Shown: positions 40,955 to 49,739, numbered from the stretch's first letter. The stretch: DNA of 64,000 bases from Synechococcus sp. UW140 (GCA_943371295.1 CALRUG020000001.1:7677-71676); one strand, 5' to 3'. The notes: generated from the letters alone by a model not told the origin. Made by a program: numbers and translations.

Positions 40955-41065
40955 AATTATTTCATAAAATAATGATTTAGTTATAACTTACTTGGCTTAC
41001 CTATTCAACCCCAATTGTTACTTATTGTTAGTTTTTAAATGGTTCTTTATTTTATGTCTAGGAAT
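40955..41065 (+). repeat. Diverged ~110 bp repeat, copy 2 (upstream of the HEPN gene)
   Basis: Same block order and near-identical spacing as 37321-37435. Confidence 0.8.
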
Positions 41066-41124
41066 GCGTAATAAAGAGTTAAAAATGAATTCAAACTGAA
41101 ACACCCAAAAACTTAAAATATTTT

Positions 41125-42453
41125 ATGACACAATCGTACATTTTTGAAATACTAGCAATAGATAAAAATGGACAAACTAGTATCACAACAGGTGAATCAT
41201 TGGTATATGGGCTACTTTTCAGTGAATCACTATGGAAAAATAAAGAAGTTATAAAAATCTCTGATACCCAAAAAATAGTAGATAAGGAACAACAATTAGA
41301 ACTTAAATTTCAATCTGTTGATACAAGTTCGACATTAAATGATCTAATTGAAGCGGCATTTGTAATAAGAATAAAAGGAGAAAACTATACCCAATTAGAA
41401 ATATTTAGATATAATTTCCTTGTTCATCTAAGAAGAAAATTAAATTTTACTAACATAAGAATATTAAGAGATGATATTTCAACAAAAATTTCAAATGAAA
41501 TTTATCCATTAATTAATAAAGTGGAGAATTTACTAAGAAGATATTTAGTGAAGTTTTTCACCCAAAAGATTGGAGTTGATTGGTGGGAAGTAACAGCCCC
41601 TAGATTATTCACAGATAAACTAAATTCAAGAAAAGGGAATGAAAAAATATTTAGCAATGTTGTGGACACTGATGTTACTTTAATTGATTTTGACGATTTA
41701 GGCGAACTAATTTATAAACAAACAACTGGTTTTAATAAACAAGAAAATATTATATCGAGAGTAATGAACTCAAATACTGTTGATGAATTAAATATTTTGA
41801 AACAAGAATTACAAGGCAACTATACCAAATATTTCAAGGAAGCTTTTCAAGATAATAATTTCGAGAAGAAATGGAAAAGCCTATTTGAAATACGGAATAA
41901 AGTTGCACATAATAATTTGTTCATACACAATGACTTGGAAACGGCTATTCAACTCACTAAAGATTTAACAGAAATTATAAATTCAGCTGAATCTAGAATC
42001 GACGAATTCAAATTCAGCATTGAAGATCAAGAAGCTTTAAGACAAGCAACAATTGATGCTTATAAAGTAGCGGAAAATGAAATAGAAAATAATGAGAAAA
42101 CTTTGGAGCAGTTAGGAGTTAAAGTTGTAGGAAAAATTGAATTACCAAATGATGAATTTCAAAATAAAAATCAACTATTAATTATTACACAAGAGGATTT
42201 ACTTGAAGAATTAAATATTGCTGAAAGCAGAATTAATGATAGAAGTTATTTACCTTATGTTCCATTAAAATCATTTGTAACAAAAATATTAGGGAATAAA
42301 GGTTACTCCTATGGCCCTTCATATTCTTTAATAAATATTTTAAAAGAGAAAGGAATTATAGAAATATTTGATCCAGTTGATGTTAAATTAATGAATACAA
42401 TGGAATTTAATAATGGAGTCATTCCAAAGGGAATAAGAATAACAAGAAATTAA
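41125..42453 (+). CDS. HEPN-domain protein (R-x4-H), Swt1-like core with unknown N- and C-terminal domains
   Basis: ENLLRRYL...WW helix; TLIDFDDLGELI; catalytic-type IRNKVAHN. Confidence 0.78.
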   Translation: MTQSYIFEILAIDKNGQTSITTGESLVYGLLFSESLWKNKEVIKISDTQKIVDKEQQLELKFQSVDTSSTLNDLIEAAFVIRIKGENYTQLEIFRYNFLVHLRRKLNFTNIRILRDDISTKISNEIYPLINKVENLLRRYLVKFFTQKIGVDWWEVTAPRLFTDKLNSRKGNEKIFSNVVDTDVTLIDFDDLGELIYKQTTGFNKQENIISRVMNSNTVDELNILKQELQGNYTKYFKEAFQDNNFEKKWKSLFEIRNKVAHNNLFIHNDLETAIQLTKDLTEIINSAESRIDEFKFSIEDQEALRQATIDAYKVAENEIENNEKTLEQLGVKVVGKIELPNDEFQNKNQLLIITQEDLLEELNIAESRINDRSYLPYVPLKSFVTKILGNKGYSYGPSYSLINILKEKGIIEIFDPVDVKLMNTMEFNNGVIPKGIRITRN

Positions 42454-42578
42454 AATGAATGATTTTTAATATAAACATCCAAAATTTAGAATTAAAAGTA
42501 ATTGTTTAATCTAAAAAATTAATTTCAATCTAATTGAACTCTTTGATTTAAATAAACTAAAAAAATCAGATAAAAAGA

Positions 42579-44519
42579 ATGGACCCCTCAACTACCTCTA
42601 AAGATTTAAGGCTTAATAATGTCATCCAAGAAATTTATACTGGAGAGTATCAACTTCCCGAATTTCAAAGAGATTATATTTGGAAAGATGCAAATGTAAA
42701 AGGATTATTTGAATCTGTTTTACTTGGCCATCCAATTGGTTCTATTTTGCTTTTAGAATTGAATAAAGAAAATCCATTACTCGCATGGGTTAATTTTAGT
42801 GAAATAATCCCCCCAGAACAAAGACAATTTGAATATAATGGAACAGATAAAGTTCCTCCAAGGTTTTTAGTTTTAGACGGTCAGCAAAGACTAACATCAC
42901 TTAGTAGACTAACTAATGGCACATCAGAGAAAATTTGGTATTTAAATTTAAAGACTATTAAAGAAAGTTGGGAAAAAAATAATTGCCCAGAATCAGAAAA
43001 AGAACTCAAAGAATGGATTGAATTGGGATTAGATATTACAAGTGCACTTTCTAAACAAAATAAAACTGCAGACCAATTAAAAGATTTAAGAGGCAAAAAC
43101 CGAAAAATGCCTTTAACACTTTTATCAGAAAAGACAAGATTTACAACTATCTTAAATGAAGTTAGAGATGAGATTAATCAGACAGTAACAGAAAAGAATT
43201 ATGAAATAAAAAATCATACGAAATTAAAAATTAAAAAAAGTAAAAACGAGTTACAAGAAATAGTTAATGAAAGTTCCATTTGGCTTAAATTTTTGTCAGC
43301 GCCGATAAACCGTCTATTTGATAACTATTTTAATTATAACATGCCATCTGTAATTGTTTCAGAAAAAATGGGAATAACAGGTGTATGTAAAGTATTCACT
43401 AAAATTAATACTTCAGGTATCGCTTTAGGAGCATTTGATTTATTAGTAGCTGTAATGTACCCTAAAGATATACGCATAAAGCAAATGTTTGATGAAGCAA
43501 TTGATAAGTACCCTTTGATAAAAGTATTAGATGAAATTTCAAAAAGATACTTATTACAAACTATAGCATTAATGGCCGGAATTTCACCAAAAACAGCTTC
43601 TTTACCCGAACTGATAAAACCAAAACATATAGAAAATTTTTGGGATACGGCTTGTGAAGCCTTGGAAGAGGCATGTAATCAAATTGATTTAAACTGTGGA
43701 TCTGCTTTACAAAAAGGAACAGATAAATTTTTAGTATATTCCCCATTAGTAGCAAGTGTTGCTTGTATATTAAAAGAATTTCCAATAAACATAAAAGATG
43801 GAAGATTAAAATTACTTAGACAACATAAATTAAAAGCTTGGTATTACGGTTCTGGGGTGGCTGACAGGTACAGTGATGGAACTGATGCCAAACAAAATCA
43901 AGATATTAATGAAATGAGGTTATGGTTTAGTTCGGAAAACATGGAAACAAATATTCCAACATGGTTAAAAGAACTTTGGAGTGATTTTAACTCTTCAAAA
44001 AATGCATCATTAGGAAAAGCAATCATTTCCATGATAAACTTTAAGGAACCTAAAGATTTTTATGAAGATAAACCAGTAGGGCCTGCTTCGGTGGTACCGT
44101 GCGACTTGCATCACATTTTCCCCAAAGCTGCACTCCGAGAACAAATAATGGCAAAAAGACAAATAAATGATAAGGGTAAAGCAGAAAAAATTATTAAATC
44201 GGAATTTTCAGTAGATTCTATTTTAAACCAAACGTGGATTTTTTCAGATACTAATCGAAAAATTATCGCCGACAAATTACCATCTATATATTTAGAAGAA
44301 ATAATTACTCAATACGGAGGAAAAACATCAGGGAAAAAGAAATTATTAGAAATCATGCAAAGTCATTGTATAAATGCTGAGGCAGTAGAAGCATTACTAA
44401 AGGACGATTACGAAACCTTTATACTTGAAAGAAAAAAATCAATAATTTCAGAATTTAAAACAACAGGTTTTGTTCAAAATTTAATTGATCAAAAACCAAA
44501 TGACATTGATGATGAATAG
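42579..44519 (+). CDS. DUF262 (ParB/Srx-like NTPase) + C-terminal His-Me/DUF1524-like nuclease, GmrSD/SspE family
   Basis: YQLPEFQRDYIW; HPIGSILL; LVLDGQQRLTSL; F.KINTSG..L; C-terminal DLHHIFPK...SILNQT...TNRKI..K.PS.YL. Confidence 0.88.
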   Translation: MDPSTTSKDLRLNNVIQEIYTGEYQLPEFQRDYIWKDANVKGLFESVLLGHPIGSILLLELNKENPLLAWVNFSEIIPPEQRQFEYNGTDKVPPRFLVLDGQQRLTSLSRLTNGTSEKIWYLNLKTIKESWEKNNCPESEKELKEWIELGLDITSALSKQNKTADQLKDLRGKNRKMPLTLLSEKTRFTTILNEVRDEINQTVTEKNYEIKNHTKLKIKKSKNELQEIVNESSIWLKFLSAPINRLFDNYFNYNMPSVIVSEKMGITGVCKVFTKINTSGIALGAFDLLVAVMYPKDIRIKQMFDEAIDKYPLIKVLDEISKRYLLQTIALMAGISPKTASLPELIKPKHIENFWDTACEALEEACNQIDLNCGSALQKGTDKFLVYSPLVASVACILKEFPINIKDGRLKLLRQHKLKAWYYGSGVADRYSDGTDAKQNQDINEMRLWFSSENMETNIPTWLKELWSDFNSSKNASLGKAIISMINFKEPKDFYEDKPVGPASVVPCDLHHIFPKAALREQIMAKRQINDKGKAEKIIKSEFSVDSILNQTWIFSDTNRKIIADKLPSIYLEEIITQYGGKTSGKKKLLEIMQSHCINAEAVEALLKDDYETFILERKKSIISEFKTTGFVQNLIDQKPNDIDDE

Positions 44520-44737
44520 GGAACCAATAAACTAATTAGTTAATACAAAATATTTTGACCCTGAAATACTTAGGGGAAAAAGACTCATCTATAAACTAAA
44601 GAGCTAATTACTTGACAATATCTTACAAATCCAAATTGGAAGTTTGCAAATATTAAAATATTTGAATAGTAATATTTCACAAAAAGAATATTTTCTCTAC
44701 CAACAAAATCTATTTTTTCTAACCAAAGAAATACTTT

Positions 44738-44769
44738 AAGTCTTAATAAAACCAAAAGTATTAAGACTT
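44738..44769. promoter_or_regulatory. Perfect 11 bp inverted repeat, candidate operator for the XRE/C-protein
   Basis: AAGTCTTAATA-N10-TATTAAGACTT, ~130 bp upstream of the regulator ATG. Confidence 0.45.
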
Positions 44770-44901
44770 TATTTTAATAACTAAATCCATATCTGAATTT
44801 ATATACAAAATCAGTAACCGCATAAATTGTTAATAATAATCTTAAAATATAGATTGATTTATTAAATAATGTCTATATTTTTGGATTTAAATGTCCAAAA
44901 A

Positions 44902-45213
44902 ATGAAGTCCAACTATACATTACTAACAGGTGACATCATAAGGCAAATAAGAGAGACCAAACAACTTCCATTAAGAAAAATAGCTGCAATACTTGACATT
45001 GATACTTCTTATTATAGCAAGATTGAACGTAATATGAAAAAAGCAACAAAAGAGCAAATCCAACAACTAGAATTCTTTTTTGAGTTAAAGAAAAACACAT
45101 TAATGATACCATATTTAAGTGAAAGAATCTATTTAGAAATATCGGATGAAGATTGTGCGGAACAAGTATTAAAAGTTGCAGAAAAAAAAGTTAAATACAA
45201 AAAAAGGAAATAA
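44902..45213 (+). CDS. XRE-family HTH regulator (controller-protein-like) leading the R-M operon
   Basis: IRQIRETKQLPLRKIAAILDIDTSYYSKIERN HTH; 5 nt from the first MTase. Confidence 0.85.
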   Translation: MKSNYTLLTGDIIRQIRETKQLPLRKIAAILDIDTSYYSKIERNMKKATKEQIQQLEFFFELKKNTLMIPYLSERIYLEISDEDCAEQVLKVAEKKVKYKKRK

Positions 45214-45218
45214 ATAAA

Positions 45219-46289
45219 ATGCAGAAAAAATTTAAGGTCATAGATTTATTTTCAGGCTGTGGAGGGTTCTCTTTTGGTTTTGAATCAGCAGGTTTTCATG
45301 TAATATTGGGTGTTGACAATGACAAAGCAGCATTAGAAACATTTAAAGCCAATCACAACAATTCAAAAACATTACTTGCTGACCTACACGAAGACCAAGC
45401 AATTGAGAATATAATTAACGAGGTAAAAGGTCATAAAATAGATGTAATAATAGCAGGTCCCCCTTGTCAAGGTTTTTCACTAACAGGTGCAAGGCAAAAA
45501 GATGATGACCGCAATAAATTATTTTACTCCGTATTTAAACTTGCAAAAAGATTAAAACCACAAGCGGTTATTATTGAAAATGTTCCGGGACTTGCAACTC
45601 TTTATAATGGTCAAGCAAAAGAAGCTATACTTGATGAATTTAAAAAAATGAAGTTAGCATCAAATTTCAAAGTACTATATGCACCTGATTTTGAAGTTCC
45701 ACAAATAAGAAAAAGAATATTTTTTGTTGGACTTAATTCAAAAATTGGAACATTTGAATTTCCAGATAAAGTTTTACCGCCAGAAAAGTATAATACAACA
45801 TCAATTGCAATTTCTGATTTACCGTCAAGAGAAGCTGAATTCGGTTATGAAGAAGATAAATATGATAAGCCACCTAAAAATGAATATCAAAAGAAAATGA
45901 GAAATGGTGCTAAAAAATTATTTAATCATGTAGCAACCAAACATACAGAACATGTCATCAATGTTATCGCTCAGGTTCCAGAGGGCGGTAATCATAAAGA
46001 TTTACCCGAAGGAGTTGGTGATAGTAGAAAATTTAATGAAGCTTGGACTAGATATCATAGCAATAAACCCTCAAAAACAATAGATACAGGTCATAGAAAT
46101 CATTTTCATTATAAATACAACAGAGTTCCAACTGTACGAGAAAATGCAAGACTACAATCCTTCCCAGATAATTTCATTTTTACTGGTTCAAGAACTCAAC
46201 AGAATAAACAAGTCGGAAATGCTGTACCACCGCTACTAGGCTTTCATATAGCAAAGCAGTTATTAAAATACTTAAATAAAAAATCATGA
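45219..46289 (+). CDS. DNA (cytosine-5) methyltransferase 1
   Basis: Motif I DLFSGCGG; motif IV GPPCQGFS; VI ENV; VIII QIRKR; IX-X RENARLQSFPD...GNAVPP. Confidence 0.96.
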   Translation: MQKKFKVIDLFSGCGGFSFGFESAGFHVILGVDNDKAALETFKANHNNSKTLLADLHEDQAIENIINEVKGHKIDVIIAGPPCQGFSLTGARQKDDDRNKLFYSVFKLAKRLKPQAVIIENVPGLATLYNGQAKEAILDEFKKMKLASNFKVLYAPDFEVPQIRKRIFFVGLNSKIGTFEFPDKVLPPEKYNTTSIAISDLPSREAEFGYEEDKYDKPPKNEYQKKMRNGAKKLFNHVATKHTEHVINVIAQVPEGGNHKDLPEGVGDSRKFNEAWTRYHSNKPSKTIDTGHRNHFHYKYNRVPTVRENARLQSFPDNFIFTGSRTQQNKQVGNAVPPLLGFHIAKQLLKYLNKKS

Positions 46290-47521
46290 ATATAAAGCTC
46301 AAAACAATTGATTTATTTGCAGGCTGTGGCGGGCTATCTGATGGATTTGAACAAACTCAATTATATGAAACACTTGCTTGTGTTGAGTGGGAAAAAGAAC
46401 CATGTAATACACTTGTAAATCGCTTGCAGAATAAATGGGGAATTAAAAAAGCGAATGAAATAGTTTTACATTTTGATATTCAAAGAATTGATGAATTAAT
46501 AAATGGATGGGATAATGATTTATTGTATGGTTCAAATCAGGGTCTGAAAAAAATCATCAATAAAAAAAAGGGAATTGATGTAGTTATAGGAGGTCCTCCT
46601 TGCCAAGCTTATTCTATTGCGGGAAGAATTCGGGATGAGAATGGCATGAACGATGACTATAGAAACTATCTTTTTGAGAGCTACTTAAAAGTTGTTGAAG
46701 AATTCAAACCTAAAGCATTTATTTTTGAGAATGTTCCTGGCATGTTAAGCGCAAAGCCTGGAGGATTATCTATAGTTGATAGAATCACGAAAGCAATTTT
46801 CAATAAAGGTTACGAAATAACTAATAACTTAAGAGACAAAGCCTTAATTGATTGTACTAAATATGGGGTTCCTCAGGCTAGGAAAAGAATGGTAATTTTA
46901 GGAGTAAATAGAGAATTAATAAAGGAACCCCCTCAAAATGCATTAAACTATTTCTATGATGTAATCTTCCCAATTTATCAGTCAAAAAAAATATCAACGG
47001 TTAAAGATGCACTTTTTGATCTTCCTAAACTACACCCACTTGGAGAACCAATAAAAATTGGGAATAAAAAATACTCCCATTCATTCGACAAATTCAAAAT
47101 TAGGAATCATGAACCTCGTATGCATAACAGAAGAGATGTAGAAACATTTGGCCTTTTAACGAGAGACATACAATCAGGTCAAAACAAGTATTCATCTGCT
47201 GAATCATTGAAAAACTTATATTATGAAATAACAGGGAAAAAATCAAACATTCACAAATACCACGTTTTAAAATGGAATAAACCAAGCAATACAATCCCTG
47301 CTCATCTTTATAAAGATGGCTTAAGGCATATTCACCCAGATCCTGAACAATCAAGGAGTATAACAGTTCGAGAGGCAGCAAGGCTTCAATCTTTTGATGA
47401 TGATTTTGAATTTTTAGGAAGTGTGTCAGATCAATACAAAATGGTAGGAAATGCAGTACCCCCAAAATTTGCAAAAGCAATTGGCTTTGCACTAAATGAT
47501 TTCATTAATAAATTTTACTAG
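46286..47521 (+). CDS. DNA (cytosine-5) methyltransferase 2
   Basis: DLFAGCGG; GGPPCQAYS; FENVPG; PQARKR; REAARLQSF...GNAVPP. Confidence 0.96.
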   Translation: MNIKLKTIDLFAGCGGLSDGFEQTQLYETLACVEWEKEPCNTLVNRLQNKWGIKKANEIVLHFDIQRIDELINGWDNDLLYGSNQGLKKIINKKKGIDVVIGGPPCQAYSIAGRIRDENGMNDDYRNYLFESYLKVVEEFKPKAFIFENVPGMLSAKPGGLSIVDRITKAIFNKGYEITNNLRDKALIDCTKYGVPQARKRMVILGVNRELIKEPPQNALNYFYDVIFPIYQSKKISTVKDALFDLPKLHPLGEPIKIGNKKYSHSFDKFKIRNHEPRMHNRRDVETFGLLTRDIQSGQNKYSSAESLKNLYYEITGKKSNIHKYHVLKWNKPSNTIPAHLYKDGLRHIHPDPEQSRSITVREAARLQSFDDDFEFLGSVSDQYKMVGNAVPPKFAKAIGFALNDFINKFY

Positions 47522-47522
47522 A

Positions 47523-48491
47523 ATGCTTTTTACAGAAAACCTAGAAGAAATAATCTTTAACAGACATCAACTTTTTCAAACTGATGAATTTATAGTTGTT
47601 TCTGGTTATCTGGGACCAAAACCTGTACAAAGACTACATACACTTCCATTTAATACTAGAGTAATATATGGCATGTATGGATCTGATGGAATACAAACTA
47701 ATTTACATGATGCTTTAATCAAGATCCAAAATCAATTTAATAACATAAACATATTCTACTCAGATTTACCTGTACACTCAAAATGCTATGTTTGGAGAAA
47801 TAATGGTCAAATTATTCACGCACTTGTAGGTTCTGCAAATTTCTCTACAAATGGCCTTACAACACCATTTAGAGAAATCCTTGCTGAGACAACTTTTGAT
47901 ACGTTTAAGCCTTTAAATGATTATATCAATCGGATACTTCAAAATTCTTATTCTTGTTTAGAAATTGTTGTAGTAGAAAAACAAGGCATTACTAATGAGG
48001 ATAATGAATGTAAAATGTCCCTTTTAATGGATGATGGTCAAACACATAATGCAAGTGGATTGAATTGGGGATATATGGCAAATGGTCAACCTGCAGAAAA
48101 ACGGGGAATAAATGATGCTTGCATACCGATTAGAATTGAACATTTAAGAATATTCCCAGATTTATTTCCGCAAAAACAAATCTACCCTATACAAGAAGAT
48201 GGAAGAGGAAGGGCCCAGAGACATAATGATGCGATTGAAATTTTATGGGACGACGGAATGAGTATGGAAGGATTGTTAGAAGGATCGCAACCGTTAGACA
48301 CCATACTATATCCTAAACAAATTAGTTCTTTCCCCTCAAAAAGTCAAATGGGTGAGTATTTAAGAAATAGAATCGGGGTCCCTTTAGGCCAACCTGTAAG
48401 GAGATTTCACTTGGATAAATACGGCAGGACTGATATTTCTGTTTCAAAAATTGGGGATGGAATTTATAAATTTGACTTTTCAGTAAAATAA
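47523..48491 (+). CDS. PLD-superfamily restriction endonuclease, NgoFVII/BfiI-like
   Basis: HSK..W...GSANFS PLD catalytic motif; C-terminal SGLNWG...IPI B3-like DNA-binding region. Start at ATG 47523, right after the MTase stop. Confidence 0.85.
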   Translation: MLFTENLEEIIFNRHQLFQTDEFIVVSGYLGPKPVQRLHTLPFNTRVIYGMYGSDGIQTNLHDALIKIQNQFNNINIFYSDLPVHSKCYVWRNNGQIIHALVGSANFSTNGLTTPFREILAETTFDTFKPLNDYINRILQNSYSCLEIVVVEKQGITNEDNECKMSLLMDDGQTHNASGLNWGYMANGQPAEKRGINDACIPIRIEHLRIFPDLFPQKQIYPIQEDGRGRAQRHNDAIEILWDDGMSMEGLLEGSQPLDTILYPKQISSFPSKSQMGEYLRNRIGVPLGQPVRRFHLDKYGRTDISVSKIGDGIYKFDFSVK

Positions 48492-48583
48492 AATGGTACC
48501 TAGCATATTTATATTTTGCTTAAATGATTAAAATATTTTAAAACTTACACAACTTTCAAAATTAATAATCACTTTCTCCCCCC

Positions 48584-49105
48584 TCACAACCTAATTTTAT
48601 ACACCCCAACCCCATTCCTCGGGATATCATTAATAATAAACTGTTCCCCCTCCTCCGCTTCCTCAATAAAACTAAAAGAAGACCAAGAACTAGGCAGCCC
48701 TTTAAAAAGCAACGTAAATTGAAGCGACTCATGGTGCCCATTGTATAAATGCTTCTCAGGCGCAATAGGAACACCAATAGCTTGTAACAAAGGCAGCCTA
48801 TCCTCAGCGTCATTACCCTTTAAATAAGTCTTAGGACTAATATTAATCCATCCACCTAAATTAAACCTAGGCTCAGCATAATGCGTGCAATGAATAATGG
48901 TTTGCTTTTCTACTTCAGGAACAGATACCCATTCCAATTGAACGATGGGTGAATTAGGTTTGATACAATAATCGTCCCCCACTAACTTCACTTCACCTTC
49001 CAACCCAAGAATACATTTATCCTTTATCTAAATAGGCGAATGCCCAAAACGCTTAATCATCGCCATTCGTATCGCACCTAAATAACTCTTCAAAAGCTTA
49101 TTCAT
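48584..49105 (-). pseudogene. Conserved-looking Bacteroidota hypothetical protein; in-frame TAG at 49028-49030 separates ATG 49105 from the body (or a short gene starting at TTG 49003)
   Basis: The minus frame reads MNKLLKSYLGAIRMAMIKRFGHSPI*IKDKCILGLEGEVK... continuously into the 139 aa ORF. Confidence 0.45.
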
Positions 49106-49111
49106 AATCAT

Positions 49112-49519
49112 TTATTTAGTTACTTTAATAACAGTTTCATCTAACACAATCTGATTAATAAAATCAATATTAGCCGGTATAAACAACACCAACGAGAATT
49201 CCGAAAAAGCCTGGATATAGTTCCCATTCACTTTACTAGACTTAGGAATCTGTAATACTTTTTTCACCAGGTTTGACTGATAATCAACATTCACCTGCAC
49301 TAAAGGAAAATCAAAAGACTGCTTTGAAAAATACTGAACCGTAGGGCTACTAAATACCAACGCAAGCGGTTTGGTAAAGTCTTTCTTTTTACGATAAGCC
49401 AAAGATTGGAAAATCTCTATTTCAGAGGAAGCCAGCTCACACTCAAGGGTAAAACTTTTTTTACGGTTTTTAACTACAACAGTTGTTGTTTCTGCAAAAG
49501 GGAATTTTAAATGCTTCAT
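49112..49519 (-). CDS. Divergent DUF192-like protein
   Basis: LECELASSEIEIFQSLAYRKK...LVFSSPTVQYFSKQSFDFPL aligns by eye to the DUF192 pattern VEIA.T..E...GLM.R...LF.F......FWMKNT..PL, but lacks several conserved residues. Confidence 0.5.
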   Translation of the reverse strand: MKHLKFPFAETTTVVVKNRKKSFTLECELASSEIEIFQSLAYRKKKDFTKPLALVFSSPTVQYFSKQSFDFPLVQVNVDYQSNLVKKVLQIPKSSKVNGNYIQAFSEFSLVLFIPANIDFINQIVLDETVIKVTK

Positions 49520-49675
49520 TGCGATTAGGTTTTAAAAGTTAATCGCACCAAGATGAAGAGGAGAAGCTTACAGCGCTTTATTTTGACTAAGTAGTCCTCA
49601 TCTCAAACACCACCGTGGACTCGCGTCTCGGTTGGTTTCTACTCACGTAGAATCTTGATGACAAAACAAAAGTAG
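49520..49675 (-). ncRNA. Putative structured 5' leader / ncRNA with two GNRA-capped hairpins
   Basis: TACTTTTG -7 box at 49667-49674; UUCUAC-GUGA-GUAGAA; long stem capped GAC-GCGA-GUC; GAGAUGA/UCAUCUU multistem; 8 bp stem abutting the AUG. Confidence 0.6.
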
Positions 49676-49739
49676 GAAAATAAACGATGTGAAGAATTAA
49701 GGGAAAGTTAAATCAAAGGGGGTGGCTGTGATCCCCCCG

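Noticed and set aside
37113-41124. Retron (ncRNA + RT + ATPase + HNH)
   Set aside because: No ORF with reverse transcriptase motifs (YADD, NAxxH, VTG) anywhere in the window.
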